Below are positions 19,999-37,821 of a stretch of DNA of 64,000 nt, in pieces. The notes beneath the pieces were generated by a model. That model was given only the letters and a program-made list of their open reading frames with translations. It ran no database searches and was not told the origin of the DNA. The position numbers and the translations under genes were made by a program. The DNA is from the human T2T-CHM13v2.0 reference genome, Homo sapiens, in NCBI RefSeq assembly GCF_009914755.1, contig NC_060937.1, one strand, 5' to 3'. How positions within the stretch are numbered: position 1 is the first letter of the stretch; the number at the start of each line of letters is the position of its first letter.

Positions 19999-22715
19999 CT
20001 GGAAAACAGGTCATAAAGAAAATCAATATAGAAGGGAAAGTGCTTTACCACAGGAATTATTATTTAATTGCTGGTTGAATTCTTGACTTTTGGTTAAAAG
20101 GTAGATATAACAAATATGTAAACCACCCTCAAAGCCAAACCAAAACCAACAGCAACAGGCTTTTCAATCAATGTAATTTATACATTGGGTTCTGGAAAAC
20201 AGAAATGTCCTATAAATTTTATATAAATGCTATATAAGGGTACATAAAAATGAATCCTTATTATAAATATGACTTAAATGTCATAGCAGTAAACAAATGG
20301 TACTTATTTGATCCACAAATTTCTTTGCCTTCTTAGATTTTTTTGAAAGTTTTGGTGTGGCTTGGTTTCTTTTTGAAGGGCCGAGCTGGGAGAAGGAGGA
20401 AAGGCATTTGGTCTCCTATAAAATTGTCCAAGAAAGTTTATGAGAAAGCCTATATCACTCAATAAGGTGGCTCCAGTAAGTTTAGGCATTCAAAAACATT
20501 CCATTAATTTTAGAGTTACCTTAAAGAATTACAGCAGATCCTCAATGCTTTTGTTTCTGTGATTACGGTAATGGCATTTCTTGAAAAGTATTTTTAAATG
20601 TAAGGATTCTTTATTCTACTACCACCTCCTATCTCCTCAGAGATACACAAATAAAGGCCCAAAAATAACAGTTAAACTTTATAGAATTTCACACTTCATT
20701 GGAAAGGTTAGAAATGATCATTTAGATCACTAATGACTCCCCAAAAGATAACAAAATTTCACAGGCCTGATTATTCATACCCCTACCCACACTTTGCTGG
20801 TTTTGCTGAAAAAAAAAAAAAATGACATTTTAAGGTACCTGAGACCTGAGGAATGAATGTTAATAGCTCACACAGAATGAGAAGAGCTCTGATCAGTGAA
20901 GTAGTAAAAGGTAGAGGGCACTCCTAAATTATCAGAAAATAACCTGCATATTTCTGTATTTATCTAGCAGGTATGCAGCCTTTCTACCACTTTACCATAA
21001 AGGTATTACTCCTGATTTTCAGCAATCAATGGTCACTTATTTTACACCTACTATGTTTAAGACACTAGACTAGGCTTGCAGAATATACGATAAAGAATAA
21101 GATGGCCCCTTCCCATAAGACAGCATGCATTTGTTCTAAGTCAGGTATGGAAGCTTAAATGAGAGAAATGGTATTTTTGGCTGAGGAGGAAAAGTGAACT
21201 GGAAAAATTTCATGTAGGGGGTAAATAGCTTAAGTTTTAGACAATTGAAGATGAAGGAAAGGACATTCTAGGAGTAAATAACTTGAGTTAAGGCTTGGAT
21301 GAAAATCTGAGTGAGGTTTGAAAAAGTATTATTTCTCTTTGGCTTAACAACAGTTATTATGGTATTCATTGACAATTACTCCCATAGTGGTAAAGTCAAT
21401 CTTACTTAAGGCAAAAAATATCCTAGATATAGCATTTTGCCTAGGCAACTCTTTCCTCTCAAGATTTCTCACCTGATTTGCTGAGTTAAAAGCCACAGAC
21501 TCCCAATTATTTAGGGTAAACTTATTTATGCCTAGGTTTCCTTCCAGTATTTCTTACAAGTTTTTTGTTTTTTTTTCTTCAAAGCAACACACCATGGCTC
21601 TTGAAGGGCTGCAGGCAATCTGAATACCCTTGTTTTCTTTGATTAGAAATGAGGGTAAATTATGCAAAGGAAGGAAAACAATCTCAAACATGATTATACT
21701 CATTTCCCTACCAATTCCCTAGTATCTACTCTTTGCCTTCATTATACTGTATCTACTTTACTCCTTGCTACTTCATCATGTCTTGGTTCATGTTGTTTTC
21801 TGCACTCGCAAGTTATCATTCCTTCATTTCACATAATCAATCTTAACCACTTTTTCAGCCCAGCTCACCTTTCATATCCTCTTATAAGTCTTCTCTGATA
21901 AGTTTAAGTCCACATTTCCTTCAAGCTTCTACCACACTTAAGTTAGCAAGCCAGAGTTTACATTCCATTATTCTCTACTTGTTTCTTGTATGTTAGTATA
22001 ATATTCTCATACAGGTTACAGTTCTTTGCTGACAGGGACCATCTTTTATAAACTATAGTGAAGTACCGCACCTAGAGTAGGCCCTTAATAATAAAGATAA
22101 TGTCACTTTAAAAATGCAAGCAGGAAACGCTTCAGGCATTTAAAAGTAGTATTTTAACAATAACTATTTTTGATTAAATAAAACTATATTCATTCTTCTT
22201 TTCAGAACTTGAAGCCTCAAATTATCACCTCAGATCATCATGCTATTAAAAAGTAGATGTGCATATGAATAAAACTGTCCAACTCTATCACTTATACACA
22301 ACACAGCCATGAACAAAAGCAGCAGCCATTCTTGATAATCCAATCCCCTCTGAAACAAACAATTTCTGGCAGTAGGAGACATTTACAAATACATAGCCTT
22401 GCTAACAACCACTAGGTTATAACGGAAAAGGTTTGTAATTTGAATCCTTTAGAGTGTGCATCTTTCAAATGTGTAGTGAAATCATAAATACAATGTAATT
22501 TTGTTCAGTTTGGAATGAAGTGAAATTTTGCTTAAAGGAAATGAAGATTATTCAAGTTGAAGCTTTAGTTAACCTGCATTAGTCACTAGCATTCTACTTC
22601 CAAAAAAAAAAAAAAAAGTCAATCTTAGGAAAAATTGCAATCAAACATCAAACATCCTTGGCTTAAAACACATTCAGCACAATTTTTAAAACCTCTATAC
22701 CTACATTACAGAATA

Positions 22716-23249
22716 TAGTAGTTCACCCTTATTCACAGGAGATACCTTCCAAGACCCCTAGTAAATGCCTGAAACTGTGGATAGTATGTAACTTTATATA
22801 TATATACTATGTGCTTTCCTAAAAATATATATGATAAAGTTTTATTTGTAAATTAGGTACAGTAAGATTAACAAGAATAATAGTAAAATAAAACAATTTA
22901 ACAAAATGCAAGCATCACTACTCTTGTGGTTTGGGGCCATTATGAATTAAATAAGGATTATGAATTAAATAAGGATTATATGAACACAAGCACTGTAATC
23001 CTGGGGCAGTGGGTCTGATAACCATGATGGCTACTAAGTAACTAACAGGCAGATAGTATCTACGGCATAGATACAATGGACAAAGGGATGACTGCGATCC
23101 TAGGCAAGATGGTGCAAGATTTCATCATGCTACTCAGAATGACACACAATTTGAAACTTAAACGTTGTTTATTTCTGGAGTTTTCCATTTAATATTTCCA
23201 GACTTCAGTTGACTGTGTGTAACTACATGGAAAATGGGAGACACTACTG
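22716..23249. mobile_element. MER44/Tigger7-family non-autonomous DNA transposon
   Basis: TA|tagtagttcacccttattcacaggagataccttccaagacccc... and ...acactactg|TA: degenerate TIRs with a TA TSD. Confidence 0.75.
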
Positions 23250-23439
23250 TATTACATAAGACTTGATAATAAGGTATGTCTTTATTTATAAAATGTAATG
23301 ATATTCAGCATATACTTTATTAAGGCAAGAAAATATATTGAAATATTACCATTTTTATTAATGTTTTAGAAAATATTCAAACAAGGTTTAAAATGATTAT
23401 ACTCCAGAAGCTTTACAGGTGTTAAATAAAATTTTTTTA

Positions 23440-24096
<657 letters not shown>

Positions 24097-25633
24097 TCAA
24101 TTAACAGAATCATCCAGAACTCCAGATTGCCCCATTGATTCAATTAAATTTTTGTCTGATAAAACTTTTAGAAATTCTTTTTCTTTTTTTTCATTTGCAT
24201 TGCCTTTCCTTTAACAACTTCCAGTGGGGGTAGTTTTCCTTTTTGTTAATCACGTCTCACACAGTCAAGGTGTCGATCTGACAAAGAGTAAGAGAAATGA
24301 AATCTAACATAGTTTCTATAAATGGTAAAGTTAAACACAATTTCCAGAACTCTAAGATGATGTTGAATTTTCCACATAAATCTATGAGATTATATTTAAT
24401 TTTTCCCATCTGCTATTTTAAGTAATATGTCAGTATACTAAATATCTCTAAAATGAATATATTGAAGGCTGACTCTCTTCTAGGATTATAAAAATTTGGG
24501 ACAAGACAGAGCCAAGTTCAATATCTTATTTAAAATTTAAAGGCTTAGAGAAAGACAGTAACTTAAGGTCTTTCAACTAAGCAATGACAGAGCCAATTCT
24601 CAAGTATTTGAATATGACCACAATTAACTTCTCTGGGACAGGAACAGTTTAAGCTTCTGTTTACACTGTCATTTCTCGGGCAAAGTTACCAAGCTACCTA
24701 AATACTTCTTTAGCATAATCACAAATATGAATTTTATTATAACACATTATAATCTTTTATTCTGTTTCATTTCATGGCCTTCTAAACGTGTGGGTAAGCT
24801 TTAGCTTCTTGTACATGCTCAACTGTTATCTTAATAAAATGCATCCTGATGAAACTGAAGAGACTAGCAACAGAGGCAAGTGCCTCTGAACAAAGAGACA
24901 TGTTGGATGAATGAATAGCTATACACACATAATTGACCAGTTTGAGACTTTAAAAATGAGGGCAATGCAGAAAATAACTTATAGATTCTCAACATAAGAA
25001 TCATCAAATTAATCTAATGAACATTTTCACTTCTAATTTATATTTTTACTTTTTGCATATTATTCTTAATTCTTGTATGAATTCTTCAATGAATTCTAAG
25101 TTATTTCTTTAGACATTCCTATGGTTAAAGCATTTTCCCCCATAACAGCAAGTAAGATAATTGAAAGATTAGAAAAAGGATTATTTAATCTAAAAAATTC
25201 ACTTTACTATTTCTATGAGAACTTTTATCTTTTCAACTGAGAGAAGCTAAATACAAAAATACTGAATATGAAAAGTAAATACTTTGAAAAACAGAGAAGG
25301 CCCTAAGATTAAGATTGTTTATTGGAAATAGGATTCTTAAGATTTATCTTTTAAAACTGCCATGCTAAATAAGTCAGATTGAATCATTATTAATTCAAAT
25401 AGATATCATCTACTGTGTCAGATGTTTTCATTTTGTTTTCTTTATATATGGAAGAAAACTGTTTAGCTAAAATATAGTAGATACCACAAATTGTAAAATT
25501 ATACATTCTAAATGAATACATTAAAATGAAAAATAAGCAGCACAATTTTATATAAAAGATTATAATACTAGGCTGGGCACAGTGGCTCATGCCTGTAATC
25601 CCAGCACTTTGGGAGGCCGAGGCAGGTGGATCA

Positions 25634-25906
<273 letters not shown>

Positions 25907-27007
25907 CTATGGAAGGCCTAATTTGGAAATGTACTTGGGTCCCTATACAAAGTCGTCCAGAAGCCAGATGATTTCCCAGTGTAGTCCAAAAGCCAGATGA
26001 TTTCAGGGCAAAGCATTTGAATGCTATGGATTTAGGTAGGCAAGATCCAGAAGCAGAGTACTGTGGGTCTGGGTGGGCAGGTAGAATTCAGATGCTGGGA
26101 AAAACACAAACGCAATGCTAGGAAAAAGGGTCATGCCTTACAATTCAGGTGGGACAGATACAAATGAAATAGTTTCTTAATGAGGTAGAAAGAGGAAGTT
26201 ATTAATTCCTGTTCTTGTTGGATTCTAACATACAAGCTAATTTGAATTCATCAGCCTAAGCAAGGTTGCCTTGGATTTTGAAGTTTTCTTAAGGAATAAA
26301 CTGTAGAGAAACCATAGGGCCAACCAGATGGATGATGAAATGGAAAAAACAGCAATTAAATACTTTTAGAAAGTATTACAAATTAATACCTTAAAAACCC
26401 TGTATCTTGAGCTAGTAGCAAAACTAACTGGAATTCCTGACCTCTGCAGTGCCTTCTTGCAACATCTCAGAAAAAACATCTGGGAATCCATTTTAGTCTG
26501 CTAAGAGACTTAAGATTTACATCAGATATATTGTCAAGGTTTCTCTTGTCCTTGTTACCAAGGAGGTAAAAGAAGTGTTGTAAAATTTATTCCTCAGCTG
26601 GCACATTATCTCAGTGAGAAATAGAGCCCTTACAAAGACTTATCTTAGACACAAAACTACATTATTGTACTTGGCAAGTACCATTTCATGCTTCTCATTT
26701 TTTTCCTCTGATCCTTTAATGAAACTGTGATGTTGATGATCTATAAATTTGATCTAATTGAGGCTAGAATTCTACTGAAAAGATAATTTCTGAGTAGCCA
26801 TACCAATACTGATATCAATGTATTTTTTAATCAGAGAATTAACATATTACTGAATGTATATGAGGTTACCAGCCTATTTACTAGTCACCAAATGACCTGA
26901 GTTCAATAAGACAGCCTCTGGGCTCAAGCTTATTAGCCTTACAGGCTAATAGCAGGGAAATATAGAAGCATGTAAATCATGTGATGATTTAACATAAGCA
27001 ATAATGA

Positions 27008-27358
<351 letters not shown>

Positions 27359-27649
27359 TAACACAAGTGTATATATGTGGGAGATGGGGTTGCCCTTTTG
27401 AGGTAATACCTAAAAAACTGAAGGATGAATAGGAATTTGCTACACTACCATTATTGCTCTAGAAGAGATAGAATGAAATTAGTGATTGTTATTAAGCCTT
27501 GTCATAAGTCCAGATCTTTAAATTGACATGAAATATTAAGAAAATTCTATGTCTAGAATTTGGATTATTTAGTTTGCAGCCTTTTAGTTGCAAAAGGTGT
27601 ATTTTCTCTTCTAGATTTTGGTAAACATCCAGAGGGACAGTGTCCTTAA

Positions 27650-27958
<309 letters not shown>

Positions 27959-28759
27959 TAACCGGCTAATTTTTTTATTTTTAGTGGAGACAGGGTTTCA
28001 CCATGTTGGTCAGGCTAGTCTCGAACTCCCAACCTCAGATGATCCACCCACCTCAGACTCCCAAAGTGCTGGGATTACAGGTGTGAGCCACGGTGTCTGG
28101 CCTGGTGCTTTAATGCTTTAAAAACGACCAAGTATGACCTGTACATTGTGTAGACTTACTCTGGACAGTAGGGTGAAGGTAGTTTTCTCAGGGAACTATG
28201 CCATTACATTAAGGACTCTAATTAAATTCATTTGTCTGTATGTATATCCATGTACCACAAATACACACATGACATGAACACATATACACCTCATCTCCAA
28301 TGTTACTCAAATATATTTCTCATTGCATGACTCCCTGGCGGTGGGACCAGTGGAGAATGAGAAGATAACTTGTACTTAGTATTTTCACATACAAACCTAT
28401 CTTTAAGACATTACAAAAAATAAGTTGTAAAAATGTCAGTGTGTTATTAGTCTCTAATTTTTTTTCCCTTCTAAAACAAGTTCTCAAAAGCCTATCATAC
28501 TATCTCTGATTTCTATTTCAATGGAAGCAGTCAGTACAATGTGTGAAGACCTGGGCATAAAAGCAGCATTAAACTAGTATTAAACAAGACACCAGCATTA
28601 AACGAGACAATAAAGTAAGACTAAAAGTACTTTGGAAACTAAAAGTACTACCTAAAAGGAAGGTATCACTATCATTTTGAGCATTTATTTATGTAGTTTT
28701 GTCTCCTCTGCCTCTTGTTGGCTACAGGATAGAAGCTGTAGATATAATTCCTAAAAGCG

Positions 28760-28975
28760 TAAACTTCAAAGTCAAACCATCTGAGCTTGAATCTGGACTC
28801 GCTGGCCTGCTGGTTACGTGACATGAGGCATGCTATTTCTCTGTGACTTGGTTTCCTTACCCATATGGATAACAACGGACCTCTCTGAGGGTGGCTGTGA
28901 GGACTAAATGAGTTTATAAATGTGAAAGTTGCTGGCAAAGGATAAACACTAAATGTGTTAGCAGTTACTATTTCT
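28760..28975 (+). mobile_element. MIR SINE remnant
   Basis: ...ctgagcttgaatctggactc...tttctctgtgacttggtttccttacccatat...gagggtggctgtgaggactaaatgag matches the MIR core layout. Confidence 0.6.
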
Positions 28976-29858
28976 ACCGCTAATAATAGCATGTAAACCT
29001 TGAGTTTTCCATATACACTTTAGAAAAATCAACAACCCTTTCAGGTAACTATTAAAATGTTTTTATTTGATGGTTTGGGTCCTTTTCACTATAATAATCA
29101 CATAAAATAATAAAAATTTACTGGCCTATGTTCCAGAGGGGCAAATAAATATTAACAAATGTGTCAGGGCTGATGTTCATTTACAATTCTTTCTCATATC
29201 AATAATCTTATAATTTGGAAGAGAACCAGGGTAGTCTAAAAAGTACTTGAAAACTGAAGAGCCTGCATTAAAGGATGAATTAAAAACAATCTTTTCAACC
29301 AAGTGATATTGTTTAATCAACTCTCAACAATAATTTAGGTTCAAAAGACTGGCAAAGACAGTACAGAATGAGTATTTTCTGCATATATGATGCCAGAATC
29401 AACTGACCCACTGCCAATTTCAGAGAAGACTGAAGAAATTAAAGACATTTCTTTTAATCAATAACTGAACACCTATTATGTGCCTGGTAGTGGGAAACAC
29501 ACACACACACACACACCTCTAATTGAAGCTAAATTCCTATTTACTACAGAACAAGAATTCCAAGGGTAGTATTTCTAAACCTAAGCTATGGCTCCGTAGT
29601 CTCATTAATGTCTAAGCGTCCTAGAATATAAACATCAAAAAATCCTCCTTTGATACTACTAACTCAATTCTCCCCAAAAGTATATGGTTATATATCCTTG
29701 TGGAATTGATTCCTTCCTGTTTATCCAGATTCTTCACCTTTATTTGCTTTTATGGTCTTAAAAGGGAAATGACTACTTAATAATCCAGTTCTACACTGGG
29801 TTTCCTACTGCCTCCAAGAAATCTTCTTAAGACAAGCGCTAACTTACAAAAGCTTTAA

Positions 29859-30083
<225 letters not shown>

Positions 30084-31472
30084 TAGTAGAGACTGAGTTT
30101 CACTATGTTGGTCAGGCTGGTCTCAAACTCCTGACCTCCTGATCCGCCCCTCGGCCTCCCAAAATGCTGATATTACAGGCGTTTGAGCCACCGTGCGTGG
30201 CTCTGCCTTACATTTTTAAAGCTAGGATTTGTTCAAGCTGATATGGTGATTTGCTTCACTTCAAAAAATGCCTTATTATCTTGATTAAGAGTGTTTTTCC
30301 CATTTTACCCATTTTAAGGTCCTGTAAGGCAGTCATTTCTATAATGTACACATCCACTACTAGTAGAAAACCCTTGCTTTGGAGTTTATATTTGCCTCCC
30401 TGAAACTTGATTTGCCCAGTTTTGTCCTCTTGTGCAATAAAGAATAAACAAGTCTCAAGATTATTATTTTTTTTCTTTTTCAAGCAGGCTTCTCAGTACC
30501 TCTAGCCACTCCTCATGACATTCAAACACCTCATATGGTTTCCATTCTCTGAGTTCACTCTAGTTGGTTCACATTCATCTACATACTCTACATGTGGCCT
30601 GATATGAGCTACATACCAAGACTGCCAATTAACAATGGTCTGGGGGAACAAATGTTTATCAGCAAATAACAGTTTAGCCAAAATAAATAATTTGCATGCT
30701 AGCTTTGAAATTTGCTGAACCCTTACCTATAAACTCTTAATTAAATTCTCCAACTTGAGTATACAGACACCAAGACCATCTGGTATCATTGAAAATAAAG
30801 AAACATCAAAGGGATTTGGTTTCTTAATGAATAGAATATAGGGAGTATTTTAAAAGCATTACAATTTCTTCCTGAAGTTATACCTATGTAGAACTTTCTA
30901 GAAAGAACAAGTTACCCATTCTTAAAGCTCCAAATTCAGGCCAGGCATGGTGCCTCATGCCGTAATCTCAGCACCTTGGGAGACTGAGGCGGGAGGACTG
31001 CTTGAACCCAGAAGCAGACATGCCTGGGCGACAAAGTGAGACCATATCACTAACAAAAAATTCTAAAAATTAGCCGGGTGTGGGTGGTGCATGCCTGTAG
31101 TCCCAACTACTCAGGAGGCTGGGTGGGGAAAATCACTTGAGCCCAGGAGATCGAGGCTGTAGTGAGCCATGATTGTGCCACTGCACTCCCAATACAGCAA
31201 GACCCTGTCACAAAACAAAACAAAAAACCAAAACAAAACCCAAAACCGAAACAAACAAACAAACAAAAAGCTCCAAATTCCTCCGGTTTTGGAGGTTATC
31301 TAAACACATCTAAAAATCATTAATTCAAAAATGGCACAACAGCTTAACTACTATGGACCTGAGGCTTTGAGTCATTTTATTTTGAGACGGAGTTTCGCTT
31401 TTGCCCAGCACCCATTAAAATGCTGACAAAAGTGGTCATAACAGAGGGTTTGACTTCAAATCTGAACCATAG

Positions 31473-31790
<318 letters not shown>

Positions 31791-32199
31791 TGAACTCCTG
31801 ACCTCAGGTGATCCAAAATGCTGGGATTATGGGTGTGAGCCACTGCACCTGGCCTTAAACCTGTCTTTCTGAATGAAACTACTATTGCTCTTTTAAATTA
31901 TAAAATTAGTGTGTGAGACAAATGGATTAAGACATATCATTTTTGCTTACATCATAAATGGGTCAAATTCTGACAAAAACATATTTATTATACTAGACAG
32001 GCCAAACATTTATTGAGCTTATTAGTGTCATGTTTACATTTTATAACCATGTTTAAAATGAAATATCCATAACTATTGGTTGTCATTAATAGTAAGAAAT
32101 GTTTTTGAATATCCAATGTGAATTCCACAATTTTACAGCTCAGCTTTTTGATAAATGTAACTATTGAGGTACAAAAGAAGAAACAAACTCAAAATTTGA

Positions 32200-32628
<429 letters not shown>

Positions 32629-34601
32629 TGAAAAGGTATCCTTGGGGATGACATGCGGATATGGTAGAGGAGGAATCCAGAGTAAACAAGATGCATCTTC
32701 CTGTATCCTCAATCTTGAGGAAAAATTCTAATCCTAGGCATTTTTACATTACAATACTATGGAATAGATATAAAGTTAGTGGTAATTTTTAGATAAAACT
32801 CAAATCTAAAGAAAATATTTCTGAGCCAGAAGCATAGCACTAAACCTCTTCTCTAGAGGAAATATAATCTTTCTAGTCCCTGGCACAGTAACGAATTGGA
32901 TTGAGAAATAAATTCACTAATCCAAATATGCAACTAGAAGGGTGTATATATAAGGCTAATAACAACTGCTTTTGGATGATAAAAATGATTTTTAAATAAT
33001 TTTTTTTTGCTCTTCCTGAGGTTTCTATGTCTATATAGTACTTTTATGCTATGAAAAATTAAACTTAACAGAAAAATGCTTAATTTTTGTATATGAAAGT
33101 TTCATTGCATTATCAAATCTTTATCACTATAAAATAAACCAGATTTGTATTTCTTTAGTTTGTTTACTAATATAGTTTCAAATTAAAAGAGATTTAAATA
33201 TCCCTTTTCTTACACTTACCTTTTTTTGAGGTCTGGGGGGGCTTGAAGAGTGGGGAAATGACAGTGAAATCTCTCAACCACGAACTCAAGAAGTAATTCT
33301 TGAATTCCTTTTCAATATTACTTTGAGAACTTAAAGCACGCTGTTCCTCTGAAGCTGATTTTAAACTTATCTGATTTTGAAATTTTTCTTCCATGACAGT
33401 TAATTCATTATCATGTCTAAAGTTCCTCAACACAGTAGGATTCCCTTTTATAGGTTTCCAAAAGTAAATCATTATATGGATGTAAGGTTGCTTCAAATAA
33501 TCACTTTTATTTTTCAAGGATTTCTCTCTCTCCTTTTCAAAAAACAAAGTTTGCCCATCACAGAAATCATACATGCTTATTTATAATCAAGAAGATTCCT
33601 CCCACCCCTATAAGATTTATCTCTCACCCAGAGTAAACCAGTAAAACAGTTTAGCATATGAATTATTCTGGTGAATCTATTCAACTATTTGATAATCTTT
33701 TACTTATTCAATAATGAACAGCTTTTTAGCTCATTAAATATTCACTTGCTATTTTAAGTAGCTGCACAGTATCCTACTGAACATGTTATTTCATCAGCCT
33801 TTTATTATTGAATGCTTTATAAACAATACCATAACAAACATATGGATTACTTCTTTAAAAAGTGTATCTGTTAATTGCTTTTACAATATTGGAAAACTGA
33901 GATAATTATTCTTTTAATGTTTATAAATCTTAAGGATATATTGTAACTGGTTCATACATAACTATTTGAAGAATTTAAAAAGTCAACTATATAACTTGTC
34001 AGCATAAAATTAATATCTGAACCTTGGGACCTGATGTTTAGGCTACTGTTTTGAAGTTTCTTAAATTTAACTTTTTTTTCATATTGCTAATACATTTAAA
34101 AGGTTAACCTATATGAATAAATGAGAAACAATGATAGAAACGTTATATACCTCAGGTGTGCGAAAGTAGAGAAAAAGGTTATGAGCTACAGGTATCATAT
34201 GTTCATTCCATTGGAAGGATGGTTAATATTAGACTGTTAAGGTCAAGAAACAGTGCACATGAGAAATTCTGCCTTACTAAAAAAAATGTACAGGCATTAG
34301 TTGGGGGAGAACTGGAGTGATGAAATGGCATAAATAAAGGCAAAGAGAAAGAAAAATGGATTAGGACTAGTTCATTTGAAGAAAAATTAAACAACATAGA
34401 AAATGTTGGGACAAGACCACAAGACATCAAAGAAAGAAATTTAAATTGTATACTATAGGAAAAAAAAAGTTAGGAAGATTAAAAAAGTAGTGTATACTAT
34501 ATAGAAGATGAAATTGTTAGTTTAAAACAGCTAGAGGTGACCCGGGCACGGTGGCTCACGCCTGTAATCCCAGCAGTTTGGGAGCCGAGGTGGATGGATC
34601 A

Positions 34602-34976
<375 letters not shown>

Positions 34977-35599
34977 TCAGTGTTTCTTGGAGTCATTAGT
35001 TTTGGATCCACCTAAATTGATCACGCAGAAAACACTTTCAAAGCCATCAATGCAAAATTTGCAAAGTCCTGATCATCACACAATACCTATTAACCCCCCA
35101 CTTAAACACTGTTTGTATTCTAAGTTGGTCTGATGGGGGGTCTAATCTCAAATCAGATTCATAAAAATATTCTGTCCTATCTGCCGACATCAAATAGGCT
35201 AAGGCACATATACCTGTCAAAACTATCTTAAAGAAGTATGAAAAACTGGGCCGGGCTTGGTGGCTCACACATGTAATTCCAGCACTTTGGGAGGCCGAGG
35301 TGGGCGAATCACGAGGTCAGGAGTTCTAGAGACCAGCCTGGCCAATATGGCGAAACCCCATCTCTACTAAAAATACAAAAAAATTAGCTGGACATGGTGG
35401 TGGGTGCCTGCAATCCCAGCTACTCGGGAGGGTGAAGCAGGAGAATTGCTTGGACCCAGGAGGCGGAGGTTGCAGTGAGCCGAGAATCATGCCATTGCAC
35501 TCTAGCACGGGCAACAGAGCGACACTCACTCAAAACAAAGTATGAAAAACTGAATCTGTAGCTCAGATATCTTGTAGCTTAAACAGCTACAAGATATGG

Positions 35600-36070
35600 C
35601 CCCTATCAACTCTCTGATCCTATAAGCTACTATTCTTCCTGTTTATATTTGATCACAGCTACATGTGCCTCTTTGCTGTTCCATGTACACACAAAAAATG
35701 CTTCAGCCTCAGGGTCTTTGTATTTGCTATTTCATCTGCTCAGAAGGGTCTTCTCCCAGGTACCTACATGGTTTGCTCCCTTATTGTTTCTAGGTCTTTG
35801 TTCAAATGTCCTCTCTGTAGGGTAGTTCCTGACCATACTATTTAAAAATATCTCTCTTCTGCCTTACAAACACCTTTATCACATCATTCTCACTTTCCCT
35901 GCTTTATTTTCTCCACAGAACTTGTCACTCTCTGACATACCAAATATAGTACCTACCAGCTTTTTTGTCCATTCATTCCATCACTCACTCCTCTACCCCC
36001 AAGATTAATAAGCTTCAAGGGGGCTGGGATATATATTTTTTATTAAGTGATAATCTTCAGTACCTAAACA
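35600..36070. mobile_element. L2 LINE 3' remnant
   Basis: ctcagggtctttgtatttgctatttcatctgctcagaag...aataagcttcaagggggctggga...cagtacctaaacagta are typical L2 3' motifs. Confidence 0.55.
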
Positions 36071-37239
36071 GTAAATAAATGTGTACCTCTCTATATATAA
36101 ATGTTTCAAATCTATTTTTAATGTTGCTTGTTGAACATTAACATTTTCACACTTCCAGAAATGACATTAATAAAAATATAAACAAATTGATATAAAAATC
36201 TGTGTAGACTAAGCTAGAATTTACAAACTCTTAATAAAAGGTGTATTTAAGCTTTCTCAATTATGGGACAACAAATAATAGACTTCATTGCTTCATACTA
36301 AAATGGTATTTTTGACTAATCACAAGGAAACTTAAACTACCATATAGTTATAATTATAGGTATTCAGTCCAAAGAGGAAGAAAGTTTTAGTGTTACTATA
36401 AGAAGCTGTATCTCTGAAAATGTTAGCTCCATAAGTGTAAGCACTCCCGAAGATTATAAGATAATAAAATATGGAAACAGGCAAACTCTGGGGCGATTTA
36501 AAGTTTCTACCACTTCCTAATGATTTTCTTTAATAGAATCATTCGTGCTAAGTGGATAAAAGTTACAAATTACAAAAGAAAGATACAGAATACATCCAAT
36601 AACAAATTAATCAGACTGAGGAACATTTAGTGTAAAACTGGCTTAAAATTTTTTGTCAGCAGAATTTCTCAACATCTAACCCTATAGCAAATAATACAAA
36701 TAACAAGGAGATTCTTCAAGCAGTTGGCATTTCTTCAAAACACAAGGGTCCAATTATAAGAAAAATATCACATTATTCAAAGTCCTACAGAATTAGAGGA
36801 GAATCTGTACTACTCATATTTTTGCATAAATTCCATGATTTATACATAAACCCAAAATATAAATTATAAACATTTAATTTCAGTATAACGTAGACAAAAA
36901 CAGCACTAACTTTTCATCTTTCAAAGTAATTTTAACGTAAAAGGTTTAAACATTTATTTTGCCAATATATTTTTCATTTCATATAGGCTTAGAAAAAAAA
37001 AAGACATCCGAAATACCTGAGATGTATTTTATAAGTAAACAAAGTAAGAACATAAACTTAAATTTCTGGTGGAGGAGTTAGGTCTTCATTAAAAGGGTTC
37101 AAGCTATTAGTAATAAAATGGAAGTTATAAGTAATCCCTTGACATGTGTAAAATAAATTTTTTTAGTAGATGGGAATGTACTGATGATAGTCTCTTATTT
37201 CTTCTCCCAGATATGCAAGTGATATAACTAAATACTTAC

Positions 37240-37357
37240 TAGAGCCAAATCTATCTCAAAAGTTTAGGTCATTTTTTTTTCCTTTTTGATAGTATTCAAT
37301 GAGAAATAACACTTTAAATAAAACTTTTTCCATGAGGAAGGTACAGTAATTATCCAC
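37240..37357 (-). ncRNA. DLEU2: Probable DLEU2 exon (118 nt if the internal donor is used)
   Basis: Strong minus-strand acceptor gtgtttttttccttttgcag|GTGGATAA and donor GGCTCTA|gtaagtat. Confidence 0.7.
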
Positions 37358-37694
37358 CTGCAAAAGGAAAAAAACACAATTTGATTTAGAATGTCAACTT
37401 CTAAATATATAAATATATTAATTTAGAGAAAGAATAGTTTATGAAAGCATAATCTTGCTAATCCAAGTAGGGCTAACTGATGCATGTAACAGTAATGACA
37501 CTTAGTGGCTTAAAAACACCTATAACTCTATATTAACCAAAAAGATACATAACTGACTGAAGAAAATCTTTAATGTTAAATACGGAATTTAGTCTACAGC
37601 TAGGCTAAGTTTTCAAATCTACTATCACATATTAATGTGTGATCTTGAGAGATTTGTACTTGAATATAAGATGCAAATAGAATGACTGAAATAC

Positions 37695-37821
37695 ATTTCT
37701 TGCTACTTCCTGGATACTCTCCTGTAGTCCTCTGAGTAAGCTCCAAACTCAATCCGTAATCCAAGTAACAGACTTAAGATGTTCAATATTGGAACTCTTT
37801 GGCATCAATTAAAAAAGAAAC
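37695..37821 (-). ncRNA. DLEU2: Probable DLEU2 exon downstream of the miRNA intron; donor uncertain (last base 37707 or 37695)
   Basis: Minus strand: actaatctttttcatttag|GTTTC (branch-like ACTAAT plus pyrimidine tract). Two weak donors, GAA|gtagca and AAT|gtattt. Confidence 0.6.
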
